A stretch of DNA of 64,000 nucleotides from Flaccisagitta enflata (Eukaryota), in the NCBI GenBank assembly GCA_965153355.1, contig OZ231126.1:48298001-48362000 (forward strand), written 5' to 3'. The notes under the pieces are model-generated. The model saw only the letters and a program-made list of their open reading frames with translations. It made no database searches and was not told the origin of the DNA. Positions 1 through 13,836 of this stretch are shown in pieces. The first letter of the stretch is position 1; every line of letters begins with the position of its first letter. Position numbers and translations under genes: made by a program.

Positions 1-811
1 AATGAGGGGGGGGAGATCCTGAAAGATAGAAGATGGAGAAGAGAGACAAAAATCCTCCACATGTGAAACCATTCGGGGCTGCTGCTCAAAACGGATTAAA
101 GAATATAGTTTTACGTATTCGGAATTCGCAAAAAAAAGATCAACTTCTGCGATAAGCATACGTCAGATAGCCGAGAATAAATCGAAATCGAACGTTTGAG
201 TAAATCTAACAATTCAGCTCATTACTTGTGCCACTACCATTTAAAGTCGCTGGCTAAGCGACTCTATAAGAGGCTGTGTCTGTCCAAAGATCCGTAACGT
301 GAAATTTCGGATGACGCGATATCGGCTGAAATACTGATTTCTGAGCATCACGGCCCCTGCCCAGCCATAATACAGCCCCGCCCACCCTCATTCTGCTCCT
401 GCTCAGCGACTGCTTATTGGCCGTGTATCCGGCCTTGTTGACATGGTAGAGATGAAAAGAATCTTATGTAAGATACACCCAAAAATACACTTATTATTTA
501 AACATTCATTATATCGATTGGAAGTTAGTTTTTAGTTCGTTGCACCTCATGAGGGTTGGTAAAAAAAATAACGTAAGGGTTTTTTTTTCAATCACTTTTG
601 AAGATACCCTGTCATCAAATACAACTGCAACGAGAGAAACCTTTATTGTGCTTAAAATATTCATGTTGCAAAATTCTGCTCTGTATCATCTGAAAACACA
701 TAGCCTATGGTTTTTTCATGCAAAATTTCAAAGCACTAGCTCTTGCTGTTTGGTTTCTACATGAATTACAGATTTGACCTTAAAAACATCATTTTCAAGC
801 AATTTTTCATG

Positions 812-975
812 TAACAAGACCGTATACACGGCCATCAGTTGCGGACGGGTGGGCAGGGGCGGATATGCGCGTTTTCCCACTTTTCGACTCGTGTCCACGG
901 ACCGACCAACCGACCGACCGACCGACCGACGGACGGACAAAGCCTCTTATAGAGTTGCGTGTCCGCAACTAAAAA
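812..975 (-). mobile_element. HINE family A copy
   Basis: TTTTTAGTTGCGGACACGCAACT...(GTCS)n...GTCCGCAACT..GGCCGTGTATACGGTCTTGT. Further copies or fragments (approximate starts): 241, 4085, 6340, 9483, 27157, 27883, 30675, 31889, 34570, 35045, 36338, 37383, 38609, 39571, 41242, 41744, 49495, 50541, 50860, 51124, 55163, 56219, 58260, 58765. Confidence 0.8.
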
Positions 976-1133
976 CTGTTCTATTTTTGTAAAAATTAAA
1001 TAAAAAAGATTAGATTTGTCAAGAATACTTGTGTATATTGATTTTTGGCATTTTTTTAAATCTTTTTAACAATTGAAGATAATTGAGTTTACATTGAAAT
1101 GTTTTGCTATTTCACTATATTTTTTATCATAGC

Positions 1134-1275
1134 TTTTTAGATGCGTCATCGCATCTCTATAAGAGGGTCCGTCTGTCCGTCCGTCCGTCCGTCCGTCCGT
1201 CCGTCCGTCCGTCTGTCCGTTACGCCTCTTCTGATATCACGCAGATGACGCATCGAGTTGCCCGCCTGGGCTTGT
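1134..1275 (+). mobile_element. HINE family A, sequence-divergent subfamily
   Basis: Same architecture with different sequence: AGATGCG-TCAT-CGCATCT hairpin, (GTCC)n, subTIR GATGACGCATC, hairpin GCCC-GCCT-GGGC, then TTGTT. Confidence 0.8.
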
Positions 1276-1424
1276 TATGATTAATTTGCACCATCAGGGT
1301 CATGAAACCACTGAAGTTGGTGGCGATCATTTCAGGTCAACTAGCGTCAAGCTCTGGGCGACTGTGTGTTGTACACCGTCTTTAGATTGATTTGAAATAA
1401 CCAAAACCTTGATAACTCCTAAAC

Positions 1425-1560
1425 TACTGGATTGTGTGACAGACATTCGGAGAATTCTCGCTGTGTGAATGACACTGGAGAATTCTAGGATATGTGACAG
1501 ACATTCAGAAAATTCTGGCTGTGTGACAGACACTGGAGAATTCTAGGATGTGTGACAGAT
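1425..1560. repeat. ~30-bp minisatellite
   Basis: Recurring TGTGACAGACA..GGAGAATTCT units. Confidence 0.75.
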
Positions 1561-1675
1561 GCACTATGTTCCCAGAGGGCGTCACCTCAAGACAAAAAAA
1601 ATTATGCTGGCACTTTTGACCTAAATAAACGGCTGAAACTAGTACAGTTGCTTAACCTGAGCAAGAAAACATATA

Positions 1676-2046
1676 GTTTTACCTGCGTCATAGCTAATCC
1701 AATTCCTCTTTTTGCCCCTTGAAGTTAACTACTTCTCTCAAATCAAAATGCGGCAAAAAATGTTTTTTTTATTTCATATGGTACTATTCAAGAATTGAAA
1801 AATGGTACTTATGATAAGAAGGAGGATGTCAAATCTTTAGCAAAGGTTCAGGATTGATTGAATACGCCATGTGTAAAATTTTGTAAGCCTGCTTCAAAAT
1901 TTGTAGGACCTATTAAAAAAAAACTCCCATAATTCCAATCTCAGATGAAAAAAATCTTGTCCATTCAGAGCCTTCAAAATGTTGAACCTACTGAGTTCAA
2001 GAGCAAAAAAATGTCCTTAGATGAATCATGACGCAGGCAAAACCCC
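1676..2046. mobile_element. Probable TIR MITE
   Basis: GTTTTACCTGCGTCAT ... ATGACGCAGGCAAAAC inverted ends, with ATATA on both flanks; the termini are slightly asymmetric. Confidence 0.5.
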
Positions 2047-2268
2047 ATATAGGTGTGATCTACACATACTTAAGAACATTTTTATACCATAGCTGTCATC
2101 TCTAGGCACTGGCTTATATTTTTGTCCTGTTATGGTACACTCTCCGATCTACGTGAGATGGAGAGACGGAGAAAACTTTGAAAATATAGTGTTCCACTAT
2201 CGTGGAACACAACAATGAGGAAAAGTAACAAATACACTACAGGAGCACAAAAACACATTCCCGCGCTT

Positions 2269-3932
2269 CTGGCCCGGATCAACCTAAGGGCTAAATGGGC
2301 TTAGCCCAGGGGCCTCGCGCTTTTAGGGGCCTCGCACCCTGAGGGGGAAGAAAGGGAAAAGAAAAAACTAGTCATCCAAGGATCGCACATGGTCAGCAGT
2401 ACCCGATGCCCTGCTTGGAGTGATTAGCTGAAGAAGTGGAGTGAGAGCAGGGCAGCGGCCCCAAAGGGCCGATGTCCTGTAAGACACAGGGGTGAATTTC
2501 CAGACGTCCTGGGAAGGCACATGTGTGATCTTTGGGGCTAATTCTCTTGTTATTCAATGAAAACATGGATTTTTTTTCTATTTCATTGTCAATTTTCCAT
2601 GTTATTTAATCTGAATTTTGCATCTATTTCAAAATTTTGTCAACTTTCCATGTTATTCAATGGGAATTTCATATCTTTTCATTTCTTTATCAATATTCCA
2701 TGTTATTCAATGGGAATTTTGCATTTCTTCAATTTTCCATGTTATTCAATGGGAACATGAGGCTCAGAAGCTTTGGCGGGGGTGAGGGGGGACAGACGGA
2801 TGGATGGACGGACGGACGAACGGACGGACGTCTGGAAATTCACCCCAGTGTCCTACAGGACATCGGCCCTTTGGGGCCGCTGCCCAAAAAGGGGAAAAAA
2901 TGAGGAAAAAAAAAAAAAAGAAAAGAAAAGAAAAGGAAAGAAAAGAAAAGAAAAGAAAAGAGAAGAAGAAGAAGAAGAAAAAGAAAAAGAAAAAGAAGAA
3001 GAAGAAGAAGAAGAAGAAGAAGAAGAAGAATGAAAGAAAACTCCTTTATGTGAAAGCATAGGTCATCTACCCCTTTGAGGCTGCTGCCCAAAAGTCATTT
3101 CTTTTGTTTATACTACAGCTTTGGTTGTGCTGATATGGAGCAATACAGGACTAAAATGGCCTTTTGTAAACTATCTGCATTATCAATGGTTTCTCAATGA
3201 GGTTTGCGCATTATTCTTTTTTTGTAAAATCAAAACACTAACTAAAAGATGATGCATGGCAAAAGCCTTGATTTCAGAATGCTTGAGCTTATGCGTGTGA
3301 CAGTGCATGTTATCCATTCTAAGGATTTTTGTCGCTTGTTACATGATTCTAAAAGCCACTTTATGATCTGTTGGTCCATCGGTTTGCCAATTCCGTTTGT
3401 TTGTCTGTCACAACTAACTTTAAAGGTTTTTTTTCCATTTTTTCACACTTCTGAACATAAAAGAACACTCTTAGAGGTGGAGACCCTTTATTCAAAGGTC
3501 AATTGTCTGTCCGTCCGATCTTTTATGAAGATGCTAAAACATGCGACTTGGGTCCAATGACGTTGTTATAGTCATAGCAGGCTCAATCTTTGAAGTCTCT
3601 AGATGAGCACAACTTCTAAAAAAACTCCTATGTTTGAAAATACTACATTTTGCTTAATGAACAATCTTAGAATTTTACATGTTTCTCTCTGTTTAGATTT
3701 GAGCCAAAGAGGACTGGCTTAGGGTCTCAGGGGGAGTCACTGTATATGAGAAAGTGCAGACAAAGATAGGGAAATAACCCCGTTTTTTACAGAAAATTGG
3801 CTACTGTCAAAAAAAACAATAGCCAGTACAGAGAAGTTTATCTCAATAAGGGGGGGAGGTGGCTTGGCCGCTGGGGAGGGGGCCTCGCTCCCCAGATAGC
3901 CCAGGGCCTCGCAAATGGTTGATCCGGCCCAG
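2269..3932. mobile_element. Non-autonomous hAT-type element with nested HINEs
   Basis: TIR CTGGCCCGGATCAACC / GGTTGATCCGGCCCAG. Perfect 8-bp TSD CCGCGCTT at 2261-2268 and 3933-3940. Confidence 0.85.
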
Positions 3933-4468
3933 CCGCGCTTTGTTTATTGATGCTTCGAATTGGTGCATGTGGACGCTTTGACATCTTCTTCACATAAACT
4001 TAAACCTCGTTTACAAAACAAGAGAGGTTGTGCTTTATGTACTAGCTTTGTGCTTTGTGCTTTGAGAATTGTGATTGATGACCTTTTTATTTGCGACAAA
4101 GCACCTCTATAACTGGCTGTGTCCGTCTGTCGGTCGGTCTGTCGGTCGGTAACGCATTCGTTCGACGATCCACACGTCGCACCTATTGGCCTACTTGGCC
4201 TTTTTTTTCAAAGGGAGAAAAGGTTTTTTTGGGCTACCGAACCTTATATATCAGCAGCACATCTTCTGACGCTCGAACTTTATCGTGATAATAACAAAAG
4301 ACAATCATTGCACTCATTTTGGAATAGGGTATAGGGCCGGTTTACCGGCCTATCGGTGATCCGTTAAAACAGGGTTCATCTGTACAGTTGAACCCGACTT
4401 TAACGACTCGCTCTTAACAAAATTCCGCCTATAATGGATCAAAATTCATAGTCCCACCAACATGTTGC

Positions 4469-6329
4469 TTTTTGGGCAGCGGCCCCGAAGGGGACGAAGT
4501 CCTGTAGAACACAGGGGGACTTTGAGCCTCGGTGCTCGTCCGTCCGCCCTGTCCGTCCGCCCGTCCGCCCGTTCGCCCGCTCGGTCACATCCGCTCCGTC
4601 CGCCCGTCCGTCCGCCGTCCATTCCGTCCGCCCGCCTGTCCGTCCATCCGCCCGTTCGCCCTCTATCAGGCTCCTCAGGCCTCAAATCTGGCCTCTGAGA
4701 CCTCAAATCTGGCCGCTCAGACCCCCAATCTGGCCTCTCAGGCCTCAAATCCAGCTTCTCAGGCCTAAAATCCAGCCTCCCAAGCCTCAAATCCAACTTC
4801 TCAGGCCTCAAATCTGGCCTCTCAGGCCTAAAATTAGGCCTCTTAGGCCTCAAATCCAAATTCTCAGGCCTCAAACCTGGCCTCTCAGGCCTCAAACTGG
4901 GCCTCTCAGGCCTCAAATCAGCTATCTAAGCCTCAATTTATTGCTCTCAGGCTTCAAATCAATCCTCTTACCTTTCAAGCCTTAATCCAGCTCTCTTAAG
5001 CCTCAAGTCAGCCCTCCAAAGCTTCTGATTGGCATTCTCAGGCCTTAACTATGGCAAAAATAAAAAAGACAGTGATTTTCAAAATACTGCTACGAGCTCA
5101 ATTTTTGAAATAACTTGAAATCCTTTTAGGTGGTAATAGACAAGTTTGTGACTCAGCAAAAAAATCAGAACTTGAAAAAGTTGATTTTTGTGCCCACAGC
5201 ATCATTTTTTGTAAAACTAGTCAGATAAAGATTTGCCCACTGATAAAAAATCTTACATGACTTTCAATTGTTACTGCGAGCTCATTTTTTTTAATGGCCT
5301 CAAATCTTTTTAGGTGTTTATAGTATGTTGAATTTCCTGCTCAGCAAAAAAATCAGAACTCAAAAAAGTTGATTTTTGCGCCCGTAGCATCATTTTTTGT
5401 AATAGTTGTCAAAATGAATTTCAGAATGTTGTAAATATGGAGCTTTTTTCTCCTCTTTTTTGCCTCATGTTTTTTTCAGAAAAAGTGATGCCACGGGCTA
5501 AAAAATCAACATTTTTGAGTTCTGATTTTTTTGCTGAGTAGGTAATTTGATATATTGTGAGTACCTAAAAGGATCTAAAGCAGATCAATAAAATGAGGGC
5601 GTAGGAATAGATTGAAATAACTGTCTTTTTTTTTCTTTGCCATAGTTACATCAGCCTTCGTAGACCTCATTTTAGGCTCTTGAAGGCCTTCAATCAGCCC
5701 TCCAAATCCAAGTCTCAAAGCTCAAGTCACAGTCTCAAGGCTCAAATCTCAGTCAAGAGGCTCAGAGCCCAGTCTCGAAGCTCAAATGCCAGTCTCGTGG
5801 CTCAAATCAAAGTCTTAAAGCTCAAATCCCCCTCTCAAGGCTCAAATCCCAGTCTTGGGGCTCAAAACCTAGTCTTGAGGCTCAGATCCCAGTCCCAAGT
5901 CTCAAATGCCAGTCTCACAGCTCAAATCCCAATCTCAAAGCTCAAATCCCAGTCAAGAGGCTCAGAGCCCAGTCTCGAGGCTCAAATCCCAGTCTCATGG
6001 CTCAAATCAAAGTCTCAAGGCTCAAATTCCGCCCTCAAGGCTCAAATCCCAGCCCCAGGCCCAAATGTGGCTCAATCTCATGAGGCTGAAGGCCAAGTGC
6101 CAGTCACAGCTCAACCAATTTTGAGGCTCAAATCCCAGTTTGAGGTTCAAATCCCAGCCAAGCTTCAAATCAGTCCTCAGCTTCAAATCCCAGCTGAGCT
6201 CACATGTGGACAAGCTGGATAAAAACATTCGTTGCCCCTTTGGGGCCGCTGCCCCTCTAACTACAAACCCCACATAAACTCGCATAGGGCAACGGGTACC
6301 GCTGACCATCTAACGCTTTTGCGACTATT
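4469..6329 (+). mobile_element. Expanded or composite HINE-like family B element with 21-bp arrays and a nested MITE
   Basis: Starts TTTTTGGGCAGCGGCCCC and ends GCTGACCATCTAACGCTTTTGCGACTATT. Contains arrays of CTCAGGCCTCAAATCTGGCCT-like (4671-5040) and GGCTCAAATCCCAGTCTCAAG-like (5700-6200) 21-mers. Confidence 0.7.
5048..5646. mobile_element. MITE with TA TSD (Tc1/mariner-type)
   Basis: ACTATGGCAAA..GACAG / CTGTC..TTTGCCATAGT inverted ends flanked by TA, with long internal inverted homology. Confidence 0.7.
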
Positions 6330-6449
6330 ACTTTTTTGGTCGTTTTTAGAGTTTTGTAGCGTACTGCGCCTGCCCAAATGCCCTAGTAACCTCTATCACT
6401 GCCCCTGCCCACCCGCACGCGACTAAGGTAGCCGTGTATCCGGTCATGT

Positions 6450-7722
<1,273 letters not shown>

Positions 7723-8181
7723 TAAACCACAACTACAAATACGAATGGGCGACATTCCGAACATGACAGCTTTAAATGATCACTTTTCACCGGGCTCGAA
7801 ACACATTTTCTATTCTTATTCGAAACTCATTCATTTGGAACTGAATGAAAACGCTGTAATTCTGTTTTGAGGAAGGAAATATTTTTCTTCCTAAATTTCT
7901 CACGATAAAAAAAGAAAACGAGTTGAGCACCTAAACGCTTCTCTTCTGATTCTTCCCCCCCCCCCTCACCCTCATTCATCCTCCTGCGCCCCACACTTTT
8001 TTTCTCACTCTTTTTTGTTTTTACGATCTTGCCAATTCTTTTTATCTATAGAGGTGGTTACCAAGTGCGAGTTTTAGGCCGTCAAATCAAAGTTTTGAAA
8101 ATCTTTTTTTAAAAATTGAAACGTTGAGTGCCCTTAAATCAGAGCGAGAGAATGTGGACAAGGTCGTGATAACACGCGAGG

Positions 8182-8796
8182 CACTGCTTTCTGACTGAGG
8201 ATTTGTGACAAGAATGATATCACTCTGGCTTTTTCTGCATTTTTGTGTAGGTCATAGGCATACAAATCAAGAACTATTTAGTGGAAATTCATCCCTAGAG
8301 CGCATTTTGAAAAAAGTCAAAAATTTAAAACTTTTAGCTTCATCATACATAGATAACTTTGCAGGTTGGTCTGACTGATTTTTTGACAGCATATTGTAAA
8401 TCCTGATCTAATTCCCTTTCATTTGATAGGTCGCACTATATGGTTTTAAAAAGAAATAATATTTTCATTTTTTAAGCCACCGCTACAAAAACTGCAGCGG
8501 TGGCCTAAAATATGAAAATTTGTTTGTTCATCAAAACCATATAGCGCGACCTATCAAATGAAAGGGAATTTTACCAGGATTAATAATATTCTGTTAGAAA
8601 CAGTCAGACCAAATTGAAAAATTCTTTGTGAAAAATGAAGCTAAAAATTTTAAATTTTGGACTTTTTTTCAAAATGCGCTATAAGGATGTTTTCCACTGG
8701 ATAGTTCTTGATTTGTTTGCCTAAGATCTACACAAAAATGCAGAAAAACCCGGAGTGATATCATTCTTGTCACAAATCTTCTGTCAGAACGCAGTG
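8182..8796. mobile_element. Whole-length palindromic MITE with CACTG..CAGTG ends and a 4-bp TSD (CMC/Chapaev-like)
   Basis: CACTGCTTTCTGAC..GATTTGTGACAAGAATGATATC is mirrored at the right end; centre near 8489; GAGG on both flanks. Confidence 0.8.
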
Positions 8797-9205
8797 GAGG
8801 GCGCGTTGGGTATCTTCATTAAGATTCTTTAATCAATTGTCATCTTTGTCATTGAATCAAGTTAATCCTTCATTCATTCATTCACTCATTTATTTATTCA
8901 TTGATTCATTCATTTCTTTCTATTCCTTTATTCATTCATCTAGATATAACAGGGACGAAACGGCTTTCCTTTGATTTGGTAAGTTATAGGATGCGAGAAT
9001 ACGTTATGGCAATACACCCACCTATCATCAATCACTTTAATATTTATTTTTTTTCCGATTTGTATAAATTTTAAAAAGAAATCGTTTCGAGCTTTTAAAT
9101 GTTTTGTTGCGGAACAAAACGAGCCTCAACATTTTCTGTTTGATATGACTTGAACTCATAAACATCGAAGGACGAATACCTATCAGTACGTATGGCCTCA
9201 AGTTA

Positions 9206-9326
<121 letters not shown>

Positions 9327-9975
9327 TGGATGAATTATGAACTAACATCATTTGAACAATCTGTCGGTCCCGGGTGAATGAATGATATGAAAGCTATTCA
9401 CGTTTTACCTTCTCATTCAATTTCAAAATAATCAACAACGTCAGTTAAGCAACCACAGAGTTTTTTGGGCAATCTATTTCCATTTTTAGTCGCGGATACG
9501 CGACTCTACACCTTGCCGTGTCGGTCGGTAGGTCCGTCCGTCCGTCCGTCCGTCCGCCACATTTTTGAATTCCGAGCGGTTTTCGCATCGCCCCTGCCAA
9601 ACCGTCCGCGACTGGATTGCCGTGTATCCGGCCTTGTTTATTCTTCTTCTTCCCTTTCTGCAATTATACCTTGCCTAGTTGCACTAACTCCTTTCATTTT
9701 CTATTTCATCTTTATTTTCTTTTGCTGTACCTTCTGTGTTGTCTTCAACTTTTCCAATTTCTTCTAGATCCTATGGCTATGCACTGAGATGCTAAATACT
9801 TTGGCAGAGTTTCAGAAGTTGAAAGCGAAAAGATTTGTTTGTCAGAGAAATAAAAAAAAAGACCTCTTATTCTAAAGCTAAAGCCTGTGAAGTTGAGTTA
9901 AGGGCGGTTCAAACCGGGGAAAAGGATTTCTTTCAAAGATATTTTGTTCAGATTTTTTTCCATTTCCCATTATAT

Positions 9976-10577
9976 TCTAAGCAGAGAATTTCGAAAGTGG
10001 AGTTTGAAATCTATCGAAATGTTCCGAGGTTCCGAAGTTGATGAAAGTGAAGGTAGAAACAGATATTTTCTGGATTGAGCGCCGGTTGGGACGTGGATTA
10101 ATTGAGCTTTTCGACTAACCTACCGATCGACCGACCGTCTGATAGACACAGCCTCTTAAAGTCGTGCTTCGGCAATGTTCAGCTGAAGGATGCTGCGGAA
10201 ATTGACATAATGATGAACAGATTCCAAGAACGCGTGATCTCCGTATCATCTGTTTTAAATAATGTATGTTGGATCGAAGCCAGCGGTATGATATATATAC
10301 CTATAGTGTTTTGTCCACTGACTGTCTAAGCAGAGAAATTCGAAAGTGGAGTTGGAATTCTATCGAAATGGAAAGTTCCGAAGTTGATGAAAGTGAAGGT
10401 AAAAGCAGATATTTTATGGATTGAGCGCCGGTTGGGACGTTGAGCAATTGAGCTTTTCGACCAACCTACCGATCGACCGACCGTCTGATAGACGCAGCCT
10501 CTTAAAGTCATAAAGTTTGTTCAGCTAAAGGATGCTGCGGAAAATGACATAATGATGAACAGATTCCAAGAACGCGT
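9976..10577 (+). repeat. ~255-bp direct duplication (9976-10235, 10325-10577) separated by a MITE end
   Basis: Both copies run TCTAAGCAGAGAA...GATTCCAAGAACGCGT. Confidence 0.85.
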
Positions 10578-11885
10578 AAATAATGACTCTGATATCCCTC
10601 AATCTGTTTCTCTCCGGGAATTTGCCTACTGCTGCAAATGTCAGAGTAAATCACTTACAATAGCGACAGATCGGAAGAAGAATCTCTGACGGACTGACGG
10701 ACCGACAGATCGACATTCTTATAGAGGACGCATCTCACTAGTCATCCAAGGATCGCACATGGTCAGCGGTTCCCGATGCCCTGCTTGGAGTGATCAAGTG
10801 AAGTAGTGGAGTGAGAGCAGGGCAGCGGCTCCAAAGGGCTGATTTCCTGTAGGACACAGGGGGGAATTTTGAGACTTCCTGAGGCGGATTTGAAGTCGAG
10901 ATGGCATAATTTAGTCCAAAAGAGCAGATTTGAGGTAAGGGGGGCAGGCTTGAGGCCCAGAAGAGGCCTGAAGAGTTGATTTGGGGCCTGGAGGGCGGAT
11001 TTGAGGTCTGGAGGGCTGACTTGAGGTCTTGAGGGCAGATATGAGGTCTGGACTTGAGGTCTTGAGGGCAGATATGAGGTCTGGAGAGATGATTTGAGCT
11101 CTCGAGGGCTAAATTGAGGTCTGAAAGGGCTAATTTGAGGGCTCAGAGGGCCAAAATCAGGCCGGAGACTGCAGACTTGATTCTCCAATGGCCAAGGGGG
11201 GGGACGAATCGAAAGACGGACGTCTTGAAATTCCTCCCTGTGTCCTACAGGACATCGGCCCTTTGGGGCCGCTGCCCAAATAGGGGATTTCTTCAGTTTG
11301 ATTGAAGAGAAATCATTAAACTTTAGATTCAATTTTTGATTTAAAGGTTACAAGGAGTAAGAGAGGATTAACCGAGGAAGAATTCCCGGCAAAAGAAAAG
11401 AAGGGAAATCGTGAATAGGAGTACCATTTGCCATTTCTAACGAAGTTTCTCAATTGTACATTCATTTTGCGTCTAAAAACGCTGTGGTAAATATTTGATG
11501 TTATGCTCAATCTGACGAAGCTTATACAGTAGAACCTTCCGAAGTATCAATAAATGATTAATTAATTTCACCGTTTCCGGTGGAAACTTTCCAAGACTCT
11601 CTTCGTGTGGAAAAACTTACACTAGGGACTAGGGGGCGAGGTTATAACCGCATCATATCCATTAAGCTAATAAATCTGAATTTAACCAGAGTCAGACTAA
11701 GTCCACACGTGATGACAACATTTTCAGACTCTTTCTATGGGGCTGATCGTGAAGATCTAAGTGTCACGTGTTCTAAACTGATCTATGCGTCTTGACGTCC
11801 TTGGGCAAGTAGTGAAACCTTGATGGTAAAATTCAACTTGTTCACCTGTTTGTTAATCTCGTTCTCTCTCTGTCTGTGTCTGTCA

Positions 11886-11942
<57 letters not shown>

Positions 11943-12252
11943 TTTGTTTGGCTCCGATCCCGCGACCTCAATGTTTATTTTTTATTTCGACATTTTTTTC
12001 AAATTCTGTTTTACTTTTTTGCGTACTTTTGCACTCATTTGATTTTTCGCGAAAAAATATTTTCTTATCGAAATCACCTCGACTTAATATCGTGAACACA
12101 AAGGAACACTTCGGCTACTCTCGTCAACCATAGGAAAAGGTTTCACTTACTCTCGCCCCTTTTTCCTTGGTAAAGCATGCATTGGAAATGTTCTCAACTC
12201 AACGCTAATAACGATTTATCAGTCAATCATTCAATCTACGAATCGAAAAACC

Positions 12253-13836
12253 ATGGCTAATTTCATTGGAAACGAACTCCTCTGTTTTCTTTCGTCTCAA
12301 TTTGACAAAGTTGATAAGGACAGTCTTCTCTCTGTTCTGTGCGAATTTTATTCACTCGACGAATCTATTGCTGCCAAGCAACTGCTCATCAGCGAATGCG
12401 ACAAACTCGGCCTTGCAGACTCAATTAAAGATTTCATAAAACGACGACAAAATGCCAAAGGCGACGGAAGCAAGAAAGTTATAAGAGACATTATCGACAT
12501 TTGGTGTGTCATTGACACCCAAAAAGCGGGTCAAACGGCATCCATTTTCGTTGCAGTAGACCCACATAGGCTCCCGCCGTTGGAAGCTAACCATTTGAAC
12601 GTCAGCCACCTCTTTTCACTCATCACCAGCTTGCAAAAGCAAGTTACCGAAATTGGAGGAATTGTTTCGCGCATTGACAAAAAATCCGACACTAACTTCG
12701 CCTCGTCGGCAACTGATTCGCCGTCGTCTCATTCACCTGCGCCAGAAGATTCACAATTTCTTTTTCCGCCTCGATCCGGCGCCAAGCGAAAGCTAAATAC
12801 CGACGCCGCCTCATTTCTGCCATCAAAACACAGAAAAGGCGACGAAGAATCCACGTTGTCATCAACGGCGACACCGGCAACAGACAAACAGTCATCATCA
12901 ACGGCACTCACGACGCCTCCAGTTCCCGCTGCGTCACCGGTGCTTCCGGCGTCAACGCCTCAGACGCCTCCAGCGTCGTTATTTCCGGCTCCATCGCCTC
13001 TTACGTCAGCGTCGCTTCCTACGTCAGCGTCGCTTCCGGCGCCATCGCTCGCGGCGCCATCCTTCTCAGCGCCATCACTTTCGGCGCCATCGCTCGCGGC
13101 GCCGTCGCACGCGGCGTCATCGCTCTCAACGTCATCACTTCCGGCGTCACCGGCGTCACCGGCGTCACCGGCGTCACCGGCGTCACCGGCGTCACAGTCA
13201 CCGGCAGAGACTGACGAACTCAGAAAAACACTTCAACGTAAGGCCTTAGCGGCGAAAAAGGCGGCGGCTGCAAAAGCGGCTGCAGCGACAAAAGCAGCAG
13301 ACGCAGCGGAAATAGCGGCGGCTGCAGCTGACGAAGCAGCAGCAAAACTCGACGCAGCTTCTGGTGAAGACTTGGAGCAACTGGAAATAGCTGATTCTAC
13401 TGCCTCAACACGATCAAAGCCCTCAAATTACGCTGATAAAGCTCGTCTACCGGCTAAATCAAACCCTCAATCCTGGTCTCTAGTGAAGGAGCGTGAAAGG
13501 AAGAAAATTGTCCCCATTGTTGGCACTAGTGAATCCAGCTCTCTGGAAGGGGTTGCACCAGTCAAACGCGACTTTTGGGAGATCTCAGTTTCCCGACTCA
13601 AAGAGGGTACCACTCAAGACAGATTAAAAACATATCTTCAAAGTCACAATGTGGAAGTACGAGATGTTTTTGTCTTTGCCTCCAAAATCAAAGGCACAGT
13701 CGCAGCCAAAGTCAGAGTCGATATTGGTCACAAAGAACGAGTCAAGGATCGATCTATCTGGCCAACGCATATTCGAGTCCAAGATTGGATTTACCGGCCA
13801 AAATCGGCCAGAGGCGAGAACAAAAGCCAGATCTAA
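12253..13836 (+). CDS. LINE ORF1 protein (527 aa)
   Basis: N-terminal NELLCFL..FYSLDESIAAK..FVA.D..RLP block of the kind seen in invertebrate LINE ORF1s. Central Pro/Ala/Ser repeats, including (CCGGCGTCA)n. C-terminal RRM-like region ISVSRL..KVRV..WP..IRV. Lies directly upstream of the APE-RT ORF. Confidence 0.8.
   Translation: MANFIGNELLCFLSSQFDKVDKDSLLSVLCEFYSLDESIAAKQLLISECDKLGLADSIKDFIKRRQNAKGDGSKKVIRDIIDIWCVIDTQKAGQTASIFVAVDPHRLPPLEANHLNVSHLFSLITSLQKQVTEIGGIVSRIDKKSDTNFASSATDSPSSHSPAPEDSQFLFPPRSGAKRKLNTDAASFLPSKHRKGDEESTLSSTATPATDKQSSSTALTTPPVPAASPVLPASTPQTPPASLFPAPSPLTSASLPTSASLPAPSLAAPSFSAPSLSAPSLAAPSHAASSLSTSSLPASPASPASPASPASPASQSPAETDELRKTLQRKALAAKKAAAAKAAAATKAADAAEIAAAAADEAAAKLDAASGEDLEQLEIADSTASTRSKPSNYADKARLPAKSNPQSWSLVKERERKKIVPIVGTSESSSLEGVAPVKRDFWEISVSRLKEGTTQDRLKTYLQSHNVEVRDVFVFASKIKGTVAAKVRVDIGHKERVKDRSIWPTHIRVQDWIYRPKSARGENKSQI

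Noticed and set aside
812-975. Short interspersed repeats interpreted as tRNA-derived SINEs
   Set aside because: No A/B boxes, tail or TSD were seen; hairpins, subTIRs and T-run insertion fit Helentron-type elements better.
4446-6222. ORFs with heptad-like periodicity (RPERPDL.., SLKAQIP..)
   Set aside because: The periodicity comes from 21-bp tandem repeats inside non-autonomous elements, and the frames are not conserved between copies.
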